Part shown: piece after piece, positions 23,985-34,465 of the stretch
How positions within the stretch are numbered: the first letter of the stretch is position 1
Layout of the letters: each line of letters opens with the position of its first letter
NCBI GenBank assembly: GCA_963845755.1
Contig: CAWJTV010000011.1
Location: 1,152,001 to 1,216,000 of the forward strand
DNA from: an uncultured Planctomycetota bacterium
GTDB taxonomy: Bacteria; Planctomycetota; Planctomycetia; Isosphaerales; Isosphaeraceae
Direction of reading: 5' to 3'
Length of the DNA: 64,000 nucleotides
The notes under the pieces: generated by a model
What the model saw: the letters and a program-made list of their open reading frames with translations, nothing else
Databases searched by the model: none
What the model was told of the DNA's origin: nothing
Made by a program: the position numbers and the translations under genes

Positions 23985-25762
23985 ATGCGATACCTGGCCC
24001 TGGCTGCCGACTATGATGGGACCCTGGCCAAGGATGGCCATGTCGACGGATCGACCCTGGCGGCCCTCGAGCGATTCCGAGAATCAGGCCGTCGTCTTAT
24101 CCTGGTCACGGGCCGGGAGCTCGATGAACTGCTGGAAATCTTCCCGCGGATCGACCTTTTCGATCGCGTCGTGGTCGAGAACGGCGCGTTGCTCTACCGG
24201 CCCGAGGGCCGTGAGGAAAAGGTGCTGGGCGAGCCTCCTCCTCCCGCGTTGGTCGAGGCGCTCCGGACGCGTGGAGTCGAACCGCTCTCCGTGGGGCGTG
24301 CGATCATCGCCACGCGGGAACCGCAGCAAGGTGCCGTCCTCGATGCCATCCGCGAGCTGGGCCTGGAATGGCAGGTCATCTTCAACAAAGGGTCCGTCAT
24401 GGTGCTCCCCTCGGGCATCAACAAGGCGACAGGCCTGGCCGTCGCGCTCGAGGAGCTGGCCCTCTCGCCGCACAACGTCGTCGGCGTGGGCGACGCCGAG
24501 AACGACCACGCGTTCCTGAGCCTCTGCGAGTTCTCGGCCGCCGTGGCCAACGCGTTGCCGACGCTCAAGGAGCGGGCCGATTTCGTCACCCGGCAGAGTC
24601 ACGGCCGGGGGGTCGTCGAGCTCATCGATCAGATCCTCGCCGACGAACTGGAGACGCTCTCGCGGTGCATGACGCGGCATGCGATCCCCCTCGGCACGCG
24701 CGAGGATGGGACCGAGATCGGCATCGACTGCTACGGAGTGAACATCCTGGTCGCGGGGACATCGGGGAGCGGCAAGTCAACGATCACCACCGGGCTGCTG
24801 GAGCGGCTCGCCGAGGCCGGTTACCAGTTCGCGGTCGTCGATCCCGAGGGGGATTACTCGACGCTCGAAGGCGCGGTCGTCCTGGGCGAGCCGGAGCAGG
24901 CTCCCACCGTCGAGGGAGCCCTCGATCTCCTGGCCGGGCCCCGACAGAATGCCGTGGTCAACCTGGTCGGCATCCCGATCGAGCACCGGCCCGCCTTCTT
25001 CGATGGACTGCTGCCGCGCCTCCAGGAGCTGAGGACCCGGACCGGCCGGCCCCACTGGATCGTCGTCGAACGAGACGCACCACCTCGTCCCTACCACCTG
25101 GCACCCCACCCCGCTGACCCTTCCTCAACAACTGGAAGGGATGCTGCTCATCACCGTCCATCCCGAGAGCATCGCCGAGGCGATGTTGACCGCGGTCGAC
25201 CTGGTCCTGGCCGTGGGCGGATCACCCGAGCAGACCATCCGGGCCTTTTGCAAGGCCGTGGGGGAAAGTCCGCCCAACATTGAACCGACCCAGCTCGAGC
25301 CGGGCGAGGTCCTCGCCTGGTGGCGCCGATCGAACGAATTGCCGATCCGGGTCCGCGGTATCCTCCCGCGCTCGAGAGCGCCGCCGCCATTCCCGCAAGT
25401 ATGCCGAGGGAAACCTGGGACCCGACCGGAGTTTCCACTTCCGGGGTCCGGACGAGAAGCTCAACCTCCGCGCCCAGAACTTGAACCTGTTCCTCCAGAT
25501 CGCCGACGGCGTCGACGACGAGACCTGGACGCATCACCTCCGCCAGGGGGACTATTCGGAATGGTTCCGCGACAAGATCAAGGATGCCGAACTCGCCGAC
25601 GAGACAAAGCGGATCGAGCAGCAGTCGGGGATCAGCCCCCAGGACTCGCGCGCCGCCATCCGCGAGGAGGTCGAACGCCGATACACCCTCCCCAGCGAAC
25701 CGGCGGAGTATACCAAGGCCGCCGAGCCGGCCTCGGAAGTAACGGCCGATTCCAGAAAGTAA
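23985..25762 (+). CDS. Cof-type HAD hydrolase fused to a P-loop NTPase domain (frameshifted near 25069 and 25375)
   Basis: ADYDGTL, LVTGR, INKATG, GVGDAEND; then AGTSGSGKST, DPEGDY and a restored Walker B WIVVDETHH; C-terminal HSRKYAEG...SFHFRGP. Confidence 0.88.
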
Positions 25763-25846
25763 GACAGTTGTGCTTTCCTCGCCCTCGTATGGGGGAGGTA
25801 GCCGAAGGCCGGTGGGGGTGTGCTCGTTCGCTATAAGGATGCGAGG

Positions 25847-28419
25847 TCAGAAACCACGCCGGGATTCGCCTGAGAGGATCGCCCAGTCCGGCCAGGTTTT
25901 TCGCAAGCACTGCTCGTAAGAGAGGCCGAGCAAGCTGGCAACGTGGATCCGGGCGTCGTTCGTGCTCACGTCTGGACCGACGGGCAGTTTCTCGAGCCGC
26001 GCGACCGCGGCGCGGGGGTCGAACGAAGCCCAGGCCTCGAACTCGGAGAACCAGGTCACCAGCTCGCGATCCTCGGTGTGATCGATCCGGTCGCGACTCG
26101 TCTCGAACAGCGCGGCGGCCATTTCGCGGTCGTACCAGGCGAGGTGCTGGATCAGAGCGCTCGGGGAATAGGTGCTGACCATGCGCGGATTGGCGAACGG
26201 AGGCCGTGCGGCCACGTAGCGCCACAAGACCTCGGGCACGAGGGCCGGGTCGATCCGCTCGACGACCGGCAGCAAGCTTCCGGCTCGGCGGTCCTGGAGC
26301 TGTTCGGGCCGCTCCTGCATGAGCCGGTCGATGAGTCGCAGTCCGTCTTCCAGCGAGCGACGCGAGGCGGTTCCATCCCGGTCCTTCTCGGCCAAGGCCA
26401 CATACACGGGCACCTCGGGGAGCTGCCCAATCCCTGGGATTTTGCCGATGACCCGCCGGGCCCGCGCCGAATCCACTTGGGCCAACTTCCAGAAATACGT
26501 CCCTAAAGTCCCGTTCCAGACGCTCCCCAGGTCTTTCCAGAACTGCACACTTTCGGCCGGATCCAGATACCGAAGAGGCAGGACGACTTTGCCTGAGCCT
26601 CCCATGCGGACACCTTTGAGCTCTTTGGCGAGAGCCAGGGACCCGGGCGCGTCGACCACAGCGAGTTGCGCGGCGAAGTAGGCCCGTCGATACTCCGTCT
26701 TGTTCGTCATCTGGTTGGCGAGGCGGAGGCCCTCGGCGAAGAGCGATTTGGCCTTCTCGACCTCGCCCAGCTCATCGAACCGCTCGGCCGCACCACCGAT
26801 CCCCCAAAGCCGCTCGGCGGCGTCGGGCGCGGCCCTGGCGTGGAGCGCGGCGCGATCGAGTAGGGCGAGCTCGCGCGCACGTTGCGCGGCGGGAAGGGCG
26901 TCGACCACCCCGAACAAGGCCCTGGCGCGCTGGGCGGGGTCGGCGATCGACTCGGCGACTGAGCCGGCTTCTTCCGGATCGGTGTCGGCGAGTGCCTCGG
27001 CGACCGCAGTCTGGATCCGGAACTCCCAGATCTTGTTCAGGAACTTCGCCGATTCCAGCTTCTCCAGAACCCCAGCGGGATCGGCGTTGGCAAGGGCCTT
27101 CAAAGTCTCGTACTTGGTCCGATCGGCCCCCTTCTCTACGACCACCTTCCAGACCGGCTCGACCAGCCGCCGCGCCATCGCCCGGGATTCCTCCCTCGGG
27201 ATCAGCTCGGGGAGCATCCGCATCGCGCGCGCCGGCCGTTCGGTCCCGCGCGTCAACTCGACCGTGACCTCACTCTCCCCCTCCTTGATCAACTGCCCCT
27301 GGAATCGAAACCCCACGCCGCGTGCGAAGACGAACACCGGGCCCTGGCGAAAGCCGCTGAGAGAGAACCGTCCATCGGAGCCGGTCTGGGTCGTTGTCTG
27401 TTCCGGCCCGTCGCCCGACTGGAACACTTCGACATTCGCGGCCGGCTTCCCCTGGCGATCGATGACCCGTCCGCCGATGGTCCGCAACGACCGCAACTGC
27501 ATGGGAAGGAGGGTTCGTGGCGCCTCGTCGATCGCGATCCAGTCGGAAAGGATCGGGTCCTTGCCCGGGGCTCGAACGGCGACACGATATGTCGATCCGA
27601 CCAGGAGGTTATCCGGTGTCTGAAAGTGGCCGTCGGCCGTCGTCTTCAGCGGGCCGCCGCGCAGCTCGACCGAATTCGGCCTCAGCCAACCCCCTCCTCT
27701 CGACCAGATCTCGACCACTTGACCGGCGACAGGCTGACCGGCGGAATCCACGATCCGGCCAGCGAGCCGGCTGGTCTTCTTGAGCTTGATCGTGATGACC
27801 GGCTCCACGGCGCTCTGACCAGGTCGCTCGACCAGCAAGACGTCCTGCGTGCCGATCGGGTCGGCCGCGACCCGCACGGCGACCAGTTGATCGCGGGCCG
27901 CCAGGTAGTGGAAGGTCGCCCGGCCGTCCGGCCCGGTGGTAACCGCCAGAGGACTCGCCATCGACTCGGGGATCTCCGCGGTGTCTCCGTTGAAGACGTG
28001 AACGATGAGCGGGGCAATCCGCGCCCCGGCGATCGGCCGGCCGTCGGAGCCCACGATCTGGATGGTCCGCGGCTCCGGCTTCCGCAAAACCAGGCGGTAC
28101 GGCCTGAGGAGAAGCGATTTCGCCGTGATGGCTGACCCGGGCCGGTAGGCCAGGAAGTTGTGGGCCACGCCGCTCCCCAATGGCGGGAGCTTCATGCGGA
28201 ACTGGCCGCCGGCATCGGTCCTAGCCCGGGCCTCCGCCTGGTATTCCTTGCCCGACACTCTGGGAGCGACATAGAAGACGACCAGGACATCCGCGACCGG
28301 CTTGCCCTGGTCGTCGACCACCGCGCCCGCGGCCGTCAGATCAAACCCTGCGGCCGTCAGACCACTTTGAGCCTGAGCAAGGCCAGCACCGCCAGCAGTG
28401 GACCCAGAAGCGTCGCCAT
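25847..28419 (-). CDS. secreted protein with carboxypeptidase-regulatory-like repeats and a helical C-terminus
   Basis: GGAGG + ATG at 28419 (MATLLGPLLAVLAL signal, then a frameshift); four G.VVD..GKPV...TD..G.F repeats. Confidence 0.78.
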
Positions 28420-28502
28420 CGAACCGACCTCCTCGATATGGTGTGCACAATCGCCCTATCTTATCGGAATGAGCGTCGGTCCGGCATCGCTTGGCTCGGA
28501 AA

Positions 28503-28561
28503 GTCGGTCAGGCTTTCCAGCCTGACGTATCTGGTGAATCAGGCTAGAAAGCCTGACTTAG
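28503..28561. repeat. REP-like inverted pair, type A
   Basis: GGTCAGGCTTTCCAGCCTGAC ... TCAGGCTAGAAAGCCTGACT; same family at 54616-54690. Confidence 0.85.
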
Positions 28562-30884
28562 AAACGATCCGAGAATCTTGTAGGGTGGGTGAAACCCACC
28601 AGGAAGTGTCCCGATTCTGGTGGGTTTCACCCACCCTACAAACCCCGGATCCGCGTCTCGGACAGTTTCTTACATGAGGTTCTTTTGTTGTCGGGGTAAT
28701 CCATCGAGAACGGGCGTACGTCACGATCTGGACTGACCCGAGATCGAGTCGGCGACGGCGCAAGACATCCAATCTCCCTCGGATCGCGGTCGCGAAGGGA
28801 TGGGTCGCATCGAAGACTCGCCGGCAAAGCGTCTCCGCTTCCTGGAAGAGGATCTCGGCACCGACGGTATCGCCGCACGCCAGGAGGGCGTCGGCTGAAG
28901 ATGCCAGACAGTTCAGGTAGCGGGGATCCAGCTCGCCGTAGCTGTCGCGGAAAATCGCATTCTTGCGGTCGAAGGTGGATCGCGCGCCGGCCCAATCTCC
29001 CTGCTCCGCCTGCAACTGACCAACGACCGTCATCCAGGTCGAGAAATCGGGGCTGAGTTCACCTGCGATCGCCCGGCTCAGCTCGACCATCCGAAGCGAT
29101 AAGATCTCGGCATCCTTCTTGCGCCCCAGGGAAATCAACCCCAAGATCTCGCCTCGGAGGCGGTGGGACTCGACCTGGAATTGGTCGACGTCCGAGGGCG
29201 GCCCTGCCATCGAATCCGGTCGCTCAGGCGCGCCACGATCGGCGATCGGTTCCGTCGCGACGTCAGATTCGATGGTCGGATCAGGCGTCGCCGGGACGGC
29301 CTCGGGGGATTGGGCTCCGCGCAGATCCATGAGTTGCGGCAGCCAGGCGCGGACGTCGATCAGTTCGAGGGCGATGTCCAGTTCGGGGGTAGAGATTTCG
29401 CCGGTCGAGTGCAGGGCGAAGATGCCGTCGGATGCTCCCATCGGACGTGCGGGCGTCGTCGATCTCGCGGCCGGTTGGCCCGGCAGGCGCACGGATTCGG
29501 CAAAGCCCGGACGACTGACGGGCGGCCTGGCTTCACGCCTGCCTTGAAATCCGGCGGCAGCGCCCACGAAGGCGGCCACCTCAGCGGCCACCTCATCGTT
29601 GATCGGACGCTCGCGAGCGATAAGCGACTTGAGCTGCTTCTCTTCCGCCTCAAGTTTGGCCAGGTCTCGCATCTGAGCATGCAACAGTCGGAGCTCTTCT
29701 CGTGATGTCGCCAGCTCGTGTTCCCGGGCTCGGAGCGTACGGGCGTACTCGTCTTCGACGGCCCTCCGCGCGGTCACAGCCTCCGTCATCTGGCTTTCCA
29801 ACTCTCCGAGGCGGGCCCGTAGCTGTTCCGCTTCCCGCGGATGGATCAGCCGCTCGGTCGAGTCCTTTTCGATCTCGGCCAGGGCCTGGTAGATTCCGTC
29901 CTGGAGTGTCGACGAATGAGCGAGCAGGTCTTCGAACTCGCGCGTTGCCGTATCGGCGGCGTCCCGGGCATCGCGGCAATCGGCTCGCAGCCGCGCGACC
30001 TCCTCGATGGCGGCCCGTAACTCCTCTTCGAGCCGCGCCGACGACGCGGCGCGGTCGCGCACCGCGGCCGCCTCAGACTTGTGGCGCTCGAGTTCCGTCC
30101 GGATTTCCTCCAGCTCGACCCGTAGGTCATCTTCGCGCCGGGACCGCTCTCTCGCCTGGTCCTTGAGACCTTCACATTCGGCTGCAAGTCTCTCGGACTC
30201 GCACGCCCCGCTCCTGAACAAGTCGACTTCGACGCGAAGTCGGTCGAGCTGCGTACGCGCCTCCACGAGTTCTTCATTCGACCCCACGTCGTCTTCGGAA
30301 TCCTCGACCGTCGGTCCCAGAGGCGCGGGGGATGGCGATTCTCCGATCGCCGGGACCGGCCCGACCGAGTTTCCCCGCACCACTTCGTCCACCCAGTCCT
30401 GCTCGCACTGGCCAGCCGACTCGATTCCGCCGGTCGTCAGGACAGGGGCTGGACCTGCCCCTTCGGCTCGCCCCGCCTCGAAGTCGGCGAGCCCCTGGGA
30501 ACGGCCGTCTTCACCGGAGTCGGCCTTCTCAGGGTGATCATCGACCATGGACGAGTGGAGGCCATTGCTCATGGATGGGACGTGCATCTCGCACGGCCCC
30601 CCTGTCATCGACGCGGCCTCCCGTTGATTCGATGGGACTTTATCGTTAGTGACGGGCAGCGCCTCGTACACGACGTCGCAGCGGTTGCATCGGATCACCC
30701 GCCCTAGATCCTCGGCCCGGAAACTTGCGCCCAGCCCGCACTCCGGACAGGCGACCGGCAGGATCCGGGGTACCACGAAGGGATGACTGCAGCGGTTACA
30801 CTGGACTCGCTGACCGATGTATTCGGTCCGAATCTTGACGGTCTGATGGCATTTGGGACAAGGGATCGGGACTCGATTGAGCAT
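28539..30884 (-). CDS. hypothetical protein: two zinc-ribbon units, coiled coil and C-terminal TPR-like helices
   Basis: CPKC...CNRC, CPEC...CNRC; E/R/A/L-rich coiled coil; helical repeats at the C-terminus. 3' end uncertain because the ORF runs through REPs. Confidence 0.7.
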   Translation of the reverse strand: MLNRVPIPCPKCHQTVKIRTEYIGQRVQCNRCSHPFVVPRILPVACPECGLGASFRAEDLGRVIRCNRCDVVYEALPVTNDKVPSNQREAASMTGGPCEMHVPSMSNGLHSSMVDDHPEKADSGEDGRSQGLADFEAGRAEGAGPAPVLTTGGIESAGQCEQDWVDEVVRGNSVGPVPAIGESPSPAPLGPTVEDSEDDVGSNEELVEARTQLDRLRVEVDLFRSGACESERLAAECEGLKDQARERSRREDDLRVELEEIRTELERHKSEAAAVRDRAASSARLEEELRAAIEEVARLRADCRDARDAADTATREFEDLLAHSSTLQDGIYQALAEIEKDSTERLIHPREAEQLRARLGELESQMTEAVTARRAVEDEYARTLRAREHELATSREELRLLHAQMRDLAKLEAEEKQLKSLIARERPINDEVAAEVAAFVGAAAGFQGRREARPPVSRPGFAESVRLPGQPAARSTTPARPMGASDGIFALHSTGEISTPELDIALELIDVRAWLPQLMDLRGAQSPEAVPATPDPTIESDVATEPIADRGAPERPDSMAGPPSDVDQFQVESHRLRGEILGLISLGRKKDAEILSLRMVELSRAIAGELSPDFSTWMTVVGQLQAEQGDWAGARSTFDRKNAIFRDSYGELDPRYLNCLASSADALLACGDTVGAEILFQEAETLCRRVFDATHPFATAIRGRLDVLRRRRLDLGSVQIVTYARSRWITPTTKEPHVRNCPRRGSGVCRVGETHQNRDTSWWVSPTLQDSRIVSKSGFLA
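28580..28639. repeat. REP-like inverted pair, type B
   Basis: GTAGGGTGGGTGAAACCCACC ... GGTGGGTTTCACCCACCCTAC, a perfect inverted repeat beginning GTAG. Confidence 0.9.
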
Positions 30885-31329
30885 GGAACACCCGCGATAT
30901 GTGGCCAGGTCGCCAGGGCCGACGGGCACGATTGCCGGCCCGGCGACTACACTCGCCGCCATCGGTGAGTTCAACTGCGCAGGAGCGAGCAATCATCGAT
31001 TTAACATAAAAGATTCGCAATTCTTTATCAGGCAACAATGCAATGGTGATACCGATGTGTTTCTCTAGCTCTTGTATCTTGACTCGCAGATCTTAACGAG
31101 CCTAGGATAAGCCTTTCAAGTTCATTCCGACGGGCAGAGCGTAACCGGCGAATCAGCGTCGTTCGGCCGGCGTTGCGCACCGACCTTGCCGGTCGGCCAG
31201 TTCTCGCGGTTCCTCCAGGATCACCGTTCGCGGCGCGATGGCACTGCAAGATCTGGACGAGTCGACCCCCGTCGGGTCCGAAGCGCTCGTTGTGAGGGAA
31301 GCTGTCTGAACCCTCCGGAGGGTCCGAAT

Positions 31330-33506
31330 ATGGCGGCGCCACCAGTCACGGACGAGGCATTCTTCGAGTTGGTCAATCGGAGCGGGCTGCTCCCATCGAA
31401 CCGGCTGAATGCATACCTCGCGAGCCGGGGCCCGGTAGCGGGCGGGCCGGGGGGGGCGCGTGCCGCCGCACAGGCCGCGCTCACCGAGGGACTGCTGACC
31501 AAGTATCAGGCCGAGCAATTGCTCGTGGGCCGGTGGCGCAACTTCCTCTGCGCCGGGAAATACCTGATCCTGGAACGCGTCGGCCATGGCGGGTCGTCGG
31601 CGATCTTCCTCGCGAACCATCTGGCGATCCAGCGACCCGTCGCGTTGAAGGTCCTGCCGGAGAACAAGGCCGAGAACCCGGAGGCCCTGGCCCGCTTCTA
31701 CCGCGAGGCCCGGGCCGCGGCGATGTTGGACCACCCGAATATCGCCGACTTCTATGATATCCACCGCGCCGACAACCTGCATTTCCTCGTCATGGAATTC
31801 GTCCATGGCCCGGACCTGGAAGGGCTTGTCGGGAGGGGCGGGCCGCTGCCTCCAGGACGAGCCGCGGAATACATCCGACAGGCCGCGTTGGGGCTGCAGC
31901 ACGCCCACGAGGTCGGCCTAGTCCACCGCGACATTAAGCCCGGCAACCTGCTCGTCAACCGCTGGGGGACGGTGAAGATCCTCGACCTCGGCCTGGTGCG
32001 GATCTTCCAGAGCGACGATGGTTTGACCAAGGGGCAGAATTTCCGCTACGTGCTGGGGACGATCGATTATCAAGCCCCCGAGCAGGCCGTCGACAGCCAT
32101 GAAGTGGATATCCGGGCCGACATCTACAGCCTGGGTGCGACGCTCTACTTCCTCCTGACCGGGCAACCGGTCTTCCCCGAAGGGAGCATCGCCGAGAAGC
32201 TGACCTGGCATCAACGGCGTCAGCCTCGGCCGATCAGTGAGTATCGCGCCGACGTGCCCGCCGGCCTGGCTGCGGTCTTCGATCGCATGATGGCCAAATC
32301 GCCGTCCGATCGATACCAGGAGCCGGCGGAGGTCGTCGAGGCACTCGCGGAATGGACCCACGAGCCGGTCCCTCCACCAACCGAGGCGGAACTCCCGCCC
32401 ATGAGCAAGGCGGCCCGCGCGTTGCTGGATACCCGGCCAAGGCGATCGACCCAGACGGTCGACTCCTCGGTCCGTCGCGTCCCATCACCGCTCCTCACGG
32501 CCCTCGCGGTCACGCCGCCGGCCGTCATGGTCACGCCGCTCGCCGAGGAGCCGGCGGCGCCCGCGGCCGACTCGTCCCGCCCGCGGCCGACTCCGTCCCG
32601 GCGCCCGCCGCGGTCCAGACCAGGCCATGGTTTCGGCGCCGCATCGCCTTGATCGCGGCGGCGGCGTTGGTGGCACTCGCGTTCGCGAGCACCCGGAATT
32701 ACGGCGTGGTCTCGGAGTTGCCGCAACCCCCGCCGACGTCCGCCGTCAACTCCATCCCGCGGCCCCCGCAGACGTCGGGACTGAGCAATCTATTCGACTC
32801 GGTCGCATCCCTCAACGCGCAGATCGCGTCCGAGTCGGCTCCGTCGCTCAAGGCGGATCTCCTGGTCCGGCGCGGAAACGACAATAGCCGCCTCGGGCGT
32901 TGGCGGCAAGCCGCCAACGACTTCCGACAGGCCCTGGAGCTCGACCCGGATAACGAGTGGACCTGGTACTCCGCTATCCCTACGCTCGTAGAGATCGGCG
33001 ATGGCGACGGTTATCGCAAACGGTGCCTCGATATGCAGCGAAAGTTCGAAGACTCCCACGACATCCTCCTCGGCGAGAGGATCGCCAAACTCTGGTCGCT
33101 CACACCGAACTGCCCCGGCGATCCGGGCATTCCGACCCGGCTGGTCGATCGCGCCCTGGCCAGTGAAGCGAACAAGAAGCTCTATTACTGGGTGATGTCC
33201 ACCAAGGGGATCGCGGAGTATCGCGCAGGGCGGCTCACCGAGGCGGTCTCATGGCTGAAGAAAGCGATCGACGCGACCCCCTCAACCACCCTTCAATGCA
33301 AGGCGCTTTCCGGACTCTTCCTCTCGATGGCGTTGCGGCGCCAGAATCTCCAGGATCAAGCCCGAGAGGCACACGACCGGGCCGCCGAACTCATCGACCG
33401 TCATCAATCGCAAAATGGTGGTGACCTCGGAGCGGAGTGGTGTGATTGGTTGATGTGCCAGATTCTCCGCCGCGAGGCTGAAGAGACTCAGGGAGTACTG
33501 AAGTAG
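31330..33506 (+). CDS. membrane-anchored Ser/Thr kinase with C-terminal TPR (frameshift near 32590)
   Basis: GHGGSSAIF, VALK, HRDIKPGN, DLGL, APEQ; TM IALIAAAALVALAF; TPR region AANDFRQALELDP. Confidence 0.9.
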
Positions 33507-33669
33507 CTCGCCACTCCAGGCCGACTCCCCTCCGCGCAGCGCCCGGCTCTCTCGTGTGGAAGACATCGTCATTCCCCACGCGAGGCGTATAATCGGAGGC
33601 CGGTTGGCCATCCATCGGATGGGCACCGACGCTTTCCGAGAAACCTGAGCCTGTGGAGGCGCTTCTTCC

Positions 33670-34443
33670 ATGCAAAGCGTGCACATCCATCGAGTCGGAC
33701 TCGCCCTGGCCATGAGCGCGGGCGTCGTCGTCCTGGTCGCGACGGGCGGATGGACCCAGACCCCGGCCCAGCCGGAGACGTCCGCGCCCAAGACCAAGGT
33801 TGACCCGAAGATCAACGATGCGTTCAAGAAGCCGAACGTCCGAGACTACGTCAAGAAGTTCGAGTCGGAGACGCGCGAGAACTTCGCGCAGCGGCACGAC
33901 ATTGTCGCCGCGCTCGAGTTAGCTCCGGGCATGGCCGTGGCCGACATCGGCGCAGGCACCGGGTTCTTCACCCAACTGTTCGCCGAGAAGGTCGGACCTA
34001 CCGGCAAGGTCTATGCTGTCGATATCGCCCCCCGGTTCCTCGAGCGCATCGCCACCGAGGCGAAGAAGCACGGGCGAAGCCAGGTGGTCACGATTCTGGG
34101 CAGCCAGGACTCGACCAACCTGCCCCGCGCCTCGGTCGACCTGGTGTTCCTCAGCGACGTGTATCATCACCTGGAGAAGCCCGAAACGACGCTGGCGTCG
34201 ATCCACCAGGCGCTGCGGCCCGGCGGCCGGCTCGTCGTGATCGAGTTCGACCGGGTCGAGGGGAAGAGCTCGGCGTTCGTGCTCAAGCACGTGCGCGCCA
34301 GCCAGGCCGTCTTCCGCAAGGAGATCGAGTCGGCCGGGTTCACCGCGATCCAGACCCACAAGGCCCCGCCGTTGAAGGAGAACTTCTTCCTGCGCTTCGA
34401 GAAATCCGCCGCGCCGCGCACGACGCCGGTCAAGTCGCGTTAG
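33670..34443 (+). CDS. class I SAM-dependent methyltransferase with N-terminal signal-like segment
   Basis: VADIGAGTG, VYAVDI, DVYHH, LRPGGRLVVIEF. Confidence 0.92.
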   Translation: MQSVHIHRVGLALAMSAGVVVLVATGGWTQTPAQPETSAPKTKVDPKINDAFKKPNVRDYVKKFESETRENFAQRHDIVAALELAPGMAVADIGAGTGFFTQLFAEKVGPTGKVYAVDIAPRFLERIATEAKKHGRSQVVTILGSQDSTNLPRASVDLVFLSDVYHHLEKPETTLASIHQALRPGGRLVVIEFDRVEGKSSAFVLKHVRASQAVFRKEIESAGFTAIQTHKAPPLKENFFLRFEKSAAPRTTPVKSR

Positions 34444-34465
34444 AGCGCCCTGTTGGAGTTCGAAT

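Noticed and set aside
25775..25820. Degenerate REP-like element or terminator between convergent genes
   Set aside because: Pairing is too imperfect to call from a single copy.
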